Below, piece by piece: positions 57,560 to 64,000 of a stretch of 64,000 nucleotides of DNA. Where the stretch lies: the NCBI GenBank assembly GCA_016214995.1, contig JACRML010000059.1, positions 23,010 through 87,009 on the forward strand. Reading direction: 5' to 3'. The position numbers were made by a program, and so were the translations under genes. The DNA is from Deltaproteobacteria bacterium (lineage in GTDB: Bacteria; Desulfobacterota; GWC2-55-46; UBA9637). The notes under the pieces were generated by a model. That model searched no databases. It had not been told where the DNA came from and saw nothing but the letters and a program-made list of their open reading frames with translations. The first letter of the stretch is position 1. Each line of letters begins with the position of its first letter.

Positions 57560-57606
57560 TGTATCCCCTTTTTATTAGATTGATGGTGGGCACAGCCCAC
57601 CCTACA

Positions 57607-58827
57607 TTACTGCCTATTACTTATTTTTTTTACTATCTCCTTTGCCAATTCTCTGGCACATTTATCAGCTTCCAATATTTCTTCCAATTGTGATGTGCTG
57701 GGCGCTGAGCGCTGAATTTTAGATTTTTTATTCTGGCTTCTGGCTTCCGGCTTCTGGCTTCTGTATTTTTCCATCGTGTCTTCTACAATCTCCGTTATAT
57801 CTGTAAATTTAATTTTCTTCTCTAAAAACGCCTCCACTGCAACTTCGTCAGCGGCATTCAGCACTGCCGGCATAACACCGCCTGTCTTTATTGCCTCATA
57901 TGCAAGCCTAAGCGCCGGGAATCTGTCTTTGTCAGGCTCCATAAATGTAAGTTTATCCATTTTACAAAGGTCAAGCGAACCAATACCGCAGTCAATTCTC
58001 TCATCAGGATAGGTAAGGGCGTAAGATATAGGCCCTTTCATATCCGTTGGCCCAAGTTGGGCCACAATAGAACCGTCAATATATTCAACCATAGAATGAA
58101 CAACGCTCTGAGGATGGATGTGGACGCCTATCTTTTCAGGCAGCATATCAAAAAGCCACATAGCCTCAATTACCTCCAAACCTTTATTCATAAGCGTTGC
58201 TGAATCTATGGTAACCTTTTTACCCATCTTCCACTTTGGATGATTCAATGCCTGTTCATGGGTGATGTCTGACAACTTTTCAATAGGCAGGTTTAAAAAA
58301 GGGCCGCCGGATGCAGTTAGTATCAGTCTTTTTATGTCTCCCTTTTTATGACCCACAAGAGACTGAAATATGGCGCTGTGTTCGCTGTCAATGGGAAGAA
58401 GGTTAATCTTATTTTTTTTGACCTCCTTCATCACTAATCCACCTGCCATAACAAGAACCTCTTTATTAGCAAGGGCAATATCTTTTTTTGCTTTTATAGC
58501 AGCCAGGGTCGGTGCAAGGCCACTTGCCCCAACCAGTGCAGAGACCACCAAATCCACACCGCAGGTAGCTGTTTCGAGCAAACCATCGTCTCCATAATAA
58601 GATTTAGGTTTATATGATAAATCTAGTTTTAATTCATTGATGTCTTTTGCATCTGTAAGCGATATAACCTTTGGCTTGAATTCCTTTATCTGCCTTTTGA
58701 ACAGGTCTTTATTCCTACCTGCTGCAAGGGCTATTATCTTAAATCTGTCTGGATGCCTTCTGACAATCTCAAGGGTGCTCTGGCCTATAGAACCTGTAGA
58801 GCCAAGAATTGCAAGTTTTTTTGCCAT
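57607..58827 (-). CDS. dxr: 1-deoxy-D-xylulose 5-phosphate reductoisomerase
   Basis: LAILGSTGSIGQSTL, LANKE, PIDSEHSAIFQ and NKGLEVIEA motifs. Confidence 0.95.
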   Translation of the reverse strand: MAKKLAILGSTGSIGQSTLEIVRRHPDRFKIIALAAGRNKDLFKRQIKEFKPKVISLTDAKDINELKLDLSYKPKSYYGDDGLLETATCGVDLVVSALVGASGLAPTLAAIKAKKDIALANKEVLVMAGGLVMKEVKKNKINLLPIDSEHSAIFQSLVGHKKGDIKRLILTASGGPFLNLPIEKLSDITHEQALNHPKWKMGKKVTIDSATLMNKGLEVIEAMWLFDMLPEKIGVHIHPQSVVHSMVEYIDGSIVAQLGPTDMKGPISYALTYPDERIDCGIGSLDLCKMDKLTFMEPDKDRFPALRLAYEAIKTGGVMPAVLNAADEVAVEAFLEKKIKFTDITEIVEDTMEKYRSQKPEARSQNKKSKIQRSAPSTSQLEEILEADKCARELAKEIVKKISNRQ

Positions 58828-58829
58828 TT

Positions 58830-59618
58830 TTATACCCGAAAAATAATAAGATAATAATATAGGAATGGGATTGGGAAGATGAGACTGTCTACCCTGTCTA
58901 GTACGCCGCCATGACCGGGAAGGATGTGTCCTGAATCCTTCACGCCGGCACTTCTTTTGATAAGGGATTCAAAGAGGTCGCTCGTTTGGCCCAATATACC
59001 TATAAATATTGCAAGCAGCGCCTCATTCAATGCAATGTGCGCCAAGAAAAAACGCTGAAATACTATTGCAACTACGACTCCGCCTATAAGTCCGCCTAAT
59101 GCACCCTCCATGGTCTTGTTAGGGCTCACTACCGGAGAAAGTTTATGCCTTCCGATACCTCTGCCTATATAATATGCAAATATGTCGTTTGCGGATACAA
59201 TCAAAATTAGAAATAAAACCCACAAACTGCCGTGTTCCAATTTCCTGAGCGCTATAATATGAGAAAGGGGAAATGCTATATAAGTAACCCCAAGAATTCC
59301 TATGCCTATGCGGCTGGCAGCAGAAACAAGCTGCTTATGGATAAAAAGGCAGTATGTGAATATAAAGAAAACTGCAATTATTAGATAGCCGGCAATCCCT
59401 CGAAGGCCAATGAAATAAATTATAACAGGAACTATCGCCCCAAGCAAAGTTCCGATAAACAGCAAGCCCTTTTCCTGGCCGACTGTTATTTTATAGTATT
59501 CAAGCAGGGCAAGACTGATTATTAAAGTAACTAAGGCAAAAAACAAAAAAGCAGTTGCGTAGAGAACCAAAAGAATAAATAAAGAACCAAGTAAAAAACC
59601 AGTTATTACCCTTTTCAA
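58830..59618 (-). CDS. cdsA: Phosphatidate cytidylyltransferase
   Basis: Polytopic membrane protein with the C-terminal signature SLIKRSAGVKDSGHILPGHGGVLDRVDS. Confidence 0.9.
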   Translation of the reverse strand: MKRVITGFLLGSLFILLVLYATAFLFFALVTLIISLALLEYYKITVGQEKGLLFIGTLLGAIVPVIIYFIGLRGIAGYLIIAVFFIFTYCLFIHKQLVSAASRIGIGILGVTYIAFPLSHIIALRKLEHGSLWVLFLILIVSANDIFAYYIGRGIGRHKLSPVVSPNKTMEGALGGLIGGVVVAIVFQRFFLAHIALNEALLAIFIGILGQTSDLFESLIKRSAGVKDSGHILPGHGGVLDRVDSLIFPIPFLYYYLIIFRV

Positions 59619-59640
59619 ATATTTACCTCCATTTTCAATG

Positions 59641-59793
59641 AAGTAATTTCTAATGAAATGTCCAATGACTAAATTTCCAACCTGCCTGTGCTATGGCAGA
59701 CAGGTGTTTTTTGATATTTAACATTTTATTGGAAATTAGGATTTAGAAATTAGAAATTTATTCTAGTATCTACTTATATTTGTCATTGACTAT
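59641..59793 (-). repeat. 37-nt box plus heptamer hairpin, copy 2 (between uppS and cdsA)
   Basis: Near-identical to copy 3 over most of its length. The uppS TAG stop lies inside the box. Confidence 0.8.
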
Positions 59794-60539
59794 ATCTTTA
59801 CCTGCTCTCCAACCAGGCCAAATCTTCTTTCCCTATTTTGAAAATCAATGAGCGCTTCAATGAGATGCTGCCTGCTAAAGTCAGGCCATAAGACATCCGT
59901 AACATATATTTCTGTGTATGCCATTTGCCATAAAAGAAAATTACTTATCCTAAATTCACCGCTTGTCCTTATAAGGAGGTCGGGATCAGGATCGCCGGCA
60001 GTATAAAGATATTTCGCAAAAACCTCTTCTGTAATGTCAGCAACACCAATCTTATCTTGCCTTACTTCCATGACAATCCTCTTTACGGCCTCTACAATCT
60101 CAGCCCTTCCTCCATAGCTCAAAGCAAGATTAAGAATCATTCCTGTATTATTCATAGTCTTATCCTCAACTTCTTTTATAATCTTCTGCACCTTGGCCGG
60201 AAGTTCCCCTATGTTGCCGATTGCCCTGAATCGTATATCGTTTCTTACCAATTTTATAAGTTCGCTCCTTAAATGCTGCTCCAGTAATTCCATCAGGGCG
60301 CCAACCTCTGTTTGAGGCCTATTCCAGTTTTCTTTAGAAAACGTATAGAGAGTAAGATAACCAATACCAATCTCTCGACAGAATTCCACTGTATCCTTGA
60401 CAACCTCAATTCCTTTTCTGTGGCCGTTTATCCTGCCAAGAAATCTCTTGTTTGCCCAACGACCATTACCATCCATAATAATGGCAATGTGCTGAGGAAG
60501 CTTTTCTTTTATAAGTCCGTCCATGTCGCTTTGCTCCAT
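59790..60539 (-). CDS. uppS: Undecaprenyl-diphosphate synthase (cis-isoprenyl transferase)
   Basis: HIAIIMDGNGRWA, FSKENWNRP and RTSGEFRISNFLLWQ motifs. Confidence 0.95.
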   Translation of the reverse strand: MEQSDMDGLIKEKLPQHIAIIMDGNGRWANKRFLGRINGHRKGIEVVKDTVEFCREIGIGYLTLYTFSKENWNRPQTEVGALMELLEQHLRSELIKLVRNDIRFRAIGNIGELPAKVQKIIKEVEDKTMNNTGMILNLALSYGGRAEIVEAVKRIVMEVRQDKIGVADITEEVFAKYLYTAGDPDPDLLIRTSGEFRISNFLLWQMAYTEIYVTDVLWPDFSRQHLIEALIDFQNRERRFGLVGEQVKI

Positions 60540-60616
60540 TAGTAAAAATCAGAAATTAGAAAAGAGAAATTAGAAGAGAGAAAAACTCTTTCCTGTTTCC
60601 TAATTCCTCTTTTCTG

Positions 60617-61054
60617 TCATTTTTCAATTTCCTCCGTTCTTAAAGCAATCCCTCTGGCCATCTTATCCAACATACCATTTATAAACGCCGGGGAATCCTC
60701 TGTCCCGTATATCTTTCCAAGTTCTATCGCTTCATCAATAACGACCTTAAAAGGAATATCATTGCAATAAAGCAGTTCAAAAGATGCAAGCCTTAAAATA
60801 CTCTTGTCTATAACAGTGATTCTATCTATAGCCCAGTTGTCTGCATTTGCCTCTATCAACCTGTCTATTTCATCCCTGTGTTTCCAAACTCCGTTCACCA
60901 ATTTTAAAATAAAATCTTTTGCATCTTCTTTAAGTTTTCTTGTTTCTGCCTGTGCGGTTATAATGTCATCTATATCCCCCTCAGCGATATCTAACTGATA
61001 AAGGGTTTCTAATGCAATCATCCTTGTCTTTCGCCTGCTCAACCCCATTGTCAC
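60617..61054 (-). CDS. nusB: Transcription antitermination factor NusB
   Basis: RRKTRMIALETLYQ... and NGMLDK-type motifs, located downstream of ribH as in many bacteria. Confidence 0.9.
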   Translation of the reverse strand: MTMGLSRRKTRMIALETLYQLDIAEGDIDDIITAQAETRKLKEDAKDFILKLVNGVWKHRDEIDRLIEANADNWAIDRITVIDKSILRLASFELLYCNDIPFKVVIDEAIELGKIYGTEDSPAFINGMLDKMARGIALRTEEIEK

Positions 61055-61115
61055 ATCGCTCCGTTGTAAAATGCAAGTTGCAGATTGTAAATTTTAAAAT
61101 TTTGCATTTTACAAT

Positions 61116-61385
61116 CCAAAAACAGGCATTGATTTTTGGGGAAACCTGCAAGTTGGCCGCCAGACAACACACCCCTAAATCCCCTCTCTAGAGGGGACTA
61201 AAGGGGTGTGTTGTTTGCGACGAGCCGTATGTTCACCGATACGGTGAGGAACAAAAATTGGCCGATAACGAAGTCGGGGCACCCAAGCAAAGCTTGGGTC
61301 GGGCAAATCGGCTGGCTCCACTTGCTGCGAAGCAATTGCAAGTGGAAGATGTAAAATAGCGAGGTTTTTAATCGCTATTTTACGG
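61116..61385 (-). repeat. Mosaic multi-hairpin element, copy D (longest, about 270 nt), between ribH and nusB
   Basis: Seven hairpin or linker modules were read directly from the sequence; see the finding for this copy. Confidence 0.85.
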
Positions 61386-61417
61386 TTACAATCTTCATGT
61401 TGCAATTGACGGAAAAC

Positions 61418-61894
61418 TTACTTCCTCTTTCCCAGTTCCTTAAACAGGTTTGCCATTTCTATTGCATTCAAAGCGGCATCCCTGCCTTTATTCCCTGATT
61501 TTGTGCCCGCCCTTTCTATCGCCTGCTCAAGGTTATCAGAGGTTATGATGCCAAATGCTATTGGAAGACCCTCATCCATGGACAATCTTGCAACACCCTT
61601 TGCCACTTCAGATGCAATATAGTCAAAGTGCGGTGTTGAACCCCGGATTATTGCCCCAAGGCATATAACTGCATCGTACTTCCCGTTCTTTATCATGGCC
61701 TGTGCCGCAACAGGCAATTCAAAAGAACCAGGCGCTTTTACCACATCTATATCAGACTCAGATGCACCACTTCGCAAGAGTGTATCAACTGCACCTTCTA
61801 AAAGTCTGTTGCCTATGAAGTCGTTAAACCTGCTTACCACCACTCCAAACTTGAGCCCTTTTGCCGACAAACCACCTTCAATTATTTTTGGCAT
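61418..61894 (-). CDS. ribH: 6,7-dimethyl-8-ribityllumazine synthase
   Basis: [34 protein letters not shown] and FGIIT motifs. Confidence 0.95.
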   Translation of the reverse strand: MPKIIEGGLSAKGLKFGVVVSRFNDFIGNRLLEGAVDTLLRSGASESDIDVVKAPGSFELPVAAQAMIKNGKYDAVICLGAIIRGSTPHFDYIASEVAKGVARLSMDEGLPIAFGIITSDNLEQAIERAGTKSGNKGRDAALNAIEMANLFKELGKRK

Positions 61895-61944
61895 AAAACC
61901 TCCGTGTTTATAGTGAACGACTTAAATAAGTTGACATGGTATTA

Positions 61945-62092
61945 AGAAATCCTAAATCCTAATGTCTAATTTCTAATGAATGTCCAATGACTAAATTTCC
62001 AATGTTTTTTGACATTTGACATTTTATTAGAAATTAGGATTTAGAAATTAGAAATTTATTGTAGTATCTACTTATTTTTGTCGTTGACTATA
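61945..62092 (-). repeat. 37-nt box plus heptamer hairpin, copy 3 (between ribBA and ribH)
   Basis: Near-identical to copy 2. The box starts 3 nt after the ribBA stop. Confidence 0.8.
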
Positions 62093-62094
62093 AT

Positions 62095-63321
62095 TCATAT
62101 TTTTCTATCAACCGTTTCAAGATTGCCTATCATATGCCCCATCTTTTCTTTTTTAATCCTCAAATATTCTACATTGCGCTTATGAGGAATAATCTCTATG
62201 GGCACCCTCTCAACAACCTCAAGCCCATAACCTTCCAACCCTACTATCTTTTTGGGGTTATTAGTCATAAGACGCATCTTTCTTACACCAATATCAAGAA
62301 GTATCTGCGCCCCTATGCCGTAGTCTCGAAGGTCTGCCTTAAAACCTAGTTTTTCATTAGCCTCTACAGTATCCATGCCTTTGTCCTGCAATGCATATGC
62401 TCTGAGTTTATTTGCGAGACCTATGCCTCTGCCTTCCTGATGCATATACAGGACAACTCCTTTACCTTGCTTTTCAATGAGCCTCATGGCGCATTTAAGC
62501 TGATCTCCGCAGTCGCACCTTTCTGAGCCAAATACATCCCCTGTAAGACATTCTGAATGAACCCTGACCAGTACAGGCTCATCAGGATTTATCTCACCCT
62601 TAACAATGGCCATGTGTTCATGAAAGTCAACATCATTTTCATATACTATTGCCTTAAATTCTCCACCGTAGCGGGTAGGAAGCATTGCCTCGGCAACTCT
62701 TCTAACGAGTTTATCCTTTTTTATTCTGTATTCAATAATATCAGCAATGCTAACTATTCTGAGATTATGCTCTTTGGCAAATTTTTCCAAATCAGGCATC
62801 CTCGCCATAGAGCCGTCATCCTTCATAATCTCGCAGATAATGCCGTAGGATTTTAACCCGGCAAGCCTGGCTAAATCAACCGAACCCTCTGTCTGCCCCG
62901 TCCTTACCAAAACCCCGCCTTTTTTTGCGCGCAATGGAAAGATATGGCCAGGCCTTACCAACTCACCAGGCATTGCCCCATCTTTAATGGCTGTCAAAAT
63001 TGTATGCGCCCTGTCATGGGCGGAGACCCCGGTGGTTATTCCTATTTTAGCATCTATAGATACCGTAAAGGCTGTTTTTAATGCAGAGGTGTTATCTGCC
63101 ACCATCGGTTTCAGATCCAGCTCGTCCGCTTTCTCTTCCGTCATGGTAAGGCAGATGATCCCCCTCCCGAACTTAGTCATAAAGTTTATGGCCTCAGGCG
63201 TAACCTTTTCTGCAGACATGGTTAAATCACCTTCATTTTCCCTGTCCTCATCGTCAACAAGTATGACCATCTTGCCTTCTTTTATATCTTTGATTGCTGC
63301 TTCAACTCTTTTTGTTGCCAT
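62095..63321 (-). CDS. ribBA: Bifunctional 3,4-dihydroxy-2-butanone-4-phosphate synthase / GTP cyclohydrolase II
   Basis: VDDEDRENEGDL and HIFPL (RibB half), then CLTGDVFGSERCDCG and QEGRGIGL (RibA half). The start is set at the ATG at 63321. Confidence 0.95.
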   Translation of the reverse strand: MATKRVEAAIKDIKEGKMVILVDDEDRENEGDLTMSAEKVTPEAINFMTKFGRGIICLTMTEEKADELDLKPMVADNTSALKTAFTVSIDAKIGITTGVSAHDRAHTILTAIKDGAMPGELVRPGHIFPLRAKKGGVLVRTGQTEGSVDLARLAGLKSYGIICEIMKDDGSMARMPDLEKFAKEHNLRIVSIADIIEYRIKKDKLVRRVAEAMLPTRYGGEFKAIVYENDVDFHEHMAIVKGEINPDEPVLVRVHSECLTGDVFGSERCDCGDQLKCAMRLIEKQGKGVVLYMHQEGRGIGLANKLRAYALQDKGMDTVEANEKLGFKADLRDYGIGAQILLDIGVRKMRLMTNNPKKIVGLEGYGLEVVERVPIEIIPHKRNVEYLRIKKEKMGHMIGNLETVDRKI

Positions 63322-63435
63322 CTCTATATCCCCTATATGGTCAAAACCGCATCTCCCCAAATCTATTACTATTAAACTTATGAAACTTTAGTATAGTAGC
63401 ATACAAATTGGTTAAACTCAAATAAAGCAGGGCTT

Positions 63436-63549
63436 CCGTAAAATAGCGATTAAAAACCTCGCTATTTTACATCTTCCACTTGCAATTGCTTAGCAGCAAG
63501 TGGAGCCAGCCGATTTGCCCGCCCCGACTTTGCTATCGGCCAATTTTTG
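63436..63549 (+). repeat. Mosaic multi-hairpin element, copy E (first three modules only, inverted relative to the others)
   Basis: The plus strand here matches the minus strand of copies B and D: CCGTAAAATAGCGATTAAAAACCTCGCTATTTTACATCTTCCACTTGCAATTGCTT.GCAGCAAGTGGAGCCAGCCGATTTGCC... Confidence 0.85.
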
Positions 63550-63607
63550 AGTGGTTTTAGCGCTGGTTATTTTAGATTTTAATTCTTTTATCTCAATTCG
63601 ATATTTC

Positions 63608-64000
63608 TTAAATCCTCAAACTCCCAACCATCTCTTTCACATTTTTAATTTTATTCTTCTTGAAGTAGTCTTCAATCCCATCAACTATCTTTATGCTGGC
63701 TTGCGGGTCAATAAAATTCACGGTTCCAACCTGAACTACTGATGCACCGACAAGCATAAATTCTATAGCATCCTCTGCTGTCATAATACCGCCTATGCCA
63801 ATTAAAGGCAGTTTCACGGTCTTAAATACCTGCCAGACCATCTTCAGCGCAACAGGTTTGATAGCAGGGCCGGAGAGACCGCCAATGATATTACCCAATT
63901 TAGGTCTTTGCGTATTTACATCCACAGCCATGCCTGAAAGTGTGTTTATCAGCGAAAGGACATCTGCCCCTGCATCTTGCGCTGCCTTTGCAAGAACTGT
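63608..64000 (-). CDS. pyrD: Dihydroorotate dehydrogenase, C-terminal part (5' end outside the window)
   Basis: GGLSGPAIKPVALKMV and IGIGGIMTAEDAIEFMLVGASVVQVGT are present. The frame is open to the window edge. Confidence 0.85.
   Translation of the reverse strand, partial: TVLAKAAQDAGADVLSLINTLSGMAVDVNTQRPKLGNIIGGLSGPAIKPVALKMVWQVFKTVKLPLIGIGGIMTAEDAIEFMLVGASVVQVGTVNFIDPQASIKIVDGIEDYFKKNKIKNVKEMVGSLRI

Noticed and set aside
61210-61250. Resemblance of GAGCCGTAT...ATACGG in the mosaic element to group II intron domain V
   Set aside because: There is only a 6-bp stem with an 8-nt loop. The 34-nt domain V architecture, the bulge and the other intron domains are absent, and no reverse transcriptase or maturase ORF is present.
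60981-61405. ORFs 60981..61172 and 61175..61405 inside mosaic element copy D
   Set aside because: The corresponding regions of copies B, C and E are open in different frames or are interrupted. No frame is conserved, so these are not genes.
63322-63607. Expected FMN (RFN) riboswitch upstream of ribBA
   Set aside because: I could not find the conserved RFN core on the minus strand. The region is instead occupied by mosaic element copy E and A+T-rich sequence. A riboswitch may lie upstream of a ribD gene outside the window.

Overview
This is a 64-kb chromosomal segment of a moderately A+T-rich bacterium. The gene content suggests an anaerobe: a four-subunit pyruvate:ferredoxin oxidoreductase, a B12/radical-SAM enzyme, a nitroreductase and MglA/MglB. 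I cannot assign a taxon from sequence alone. About 65 genes are present, mostly on the minus strand in long housekeeping operons. In window order these are smc; ppdK; NIF3-like/yqeY-like/rpsU/mglA/mglB; porGDAB; ffs-dnaX-ybaB-recR preceded by two tRNA-Ser genes; queA-tgt-yajC-secDF on the plus strand; a large ilvD-ilvB-ilvN-ilvC-psd-pssA-leuA-leuC-(3 extra genes)-leuD-leuB block; and tsaB-rseP-dxr-cdsA-uppS-nusB-ribH-ribBA-pyrD. The first 13 kb holds accessory-looking content: a very A+T-rich orphan membrane-protein gene, a Phd/YefM-RelE/ParE pair, a decayed GAF-GGDEF gene, and rhodanese, radical-SAM, HNH and OsmC genes. No CRISPR array, cas gene, transposase, integrase, reverse transcriptase or rRNA was seen. 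The unusual part of the window is its non-coding DNA. (1) A five-copy mosaic family of 95-270 nt multi-hairpin elements. One copy replaces the 3' end of ilvD, one abuts a 5'-truncated zupT, and one supplies the stop codon of a PPIase gene. (2) A MITE family built from four GATTACACAGAT boxes, with one nested insertion. (3) TTAAC-ended hairpin modules. (4) Inverted arrays of degenerate 7-nt (occasionally 8-nt) tandem words in nearly every intergenic gap. (5) The same heptamer words inserted in frame in conserved housekeeping proteins (queA, tgt, leuD, tsaB, rseP, dxr). In addition, pssA is split by a 118-bp tandem duplication. All functional calls rest on motif recognition by eye, and no database search was run. 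Repeat coordinates are good to about 2 nt.
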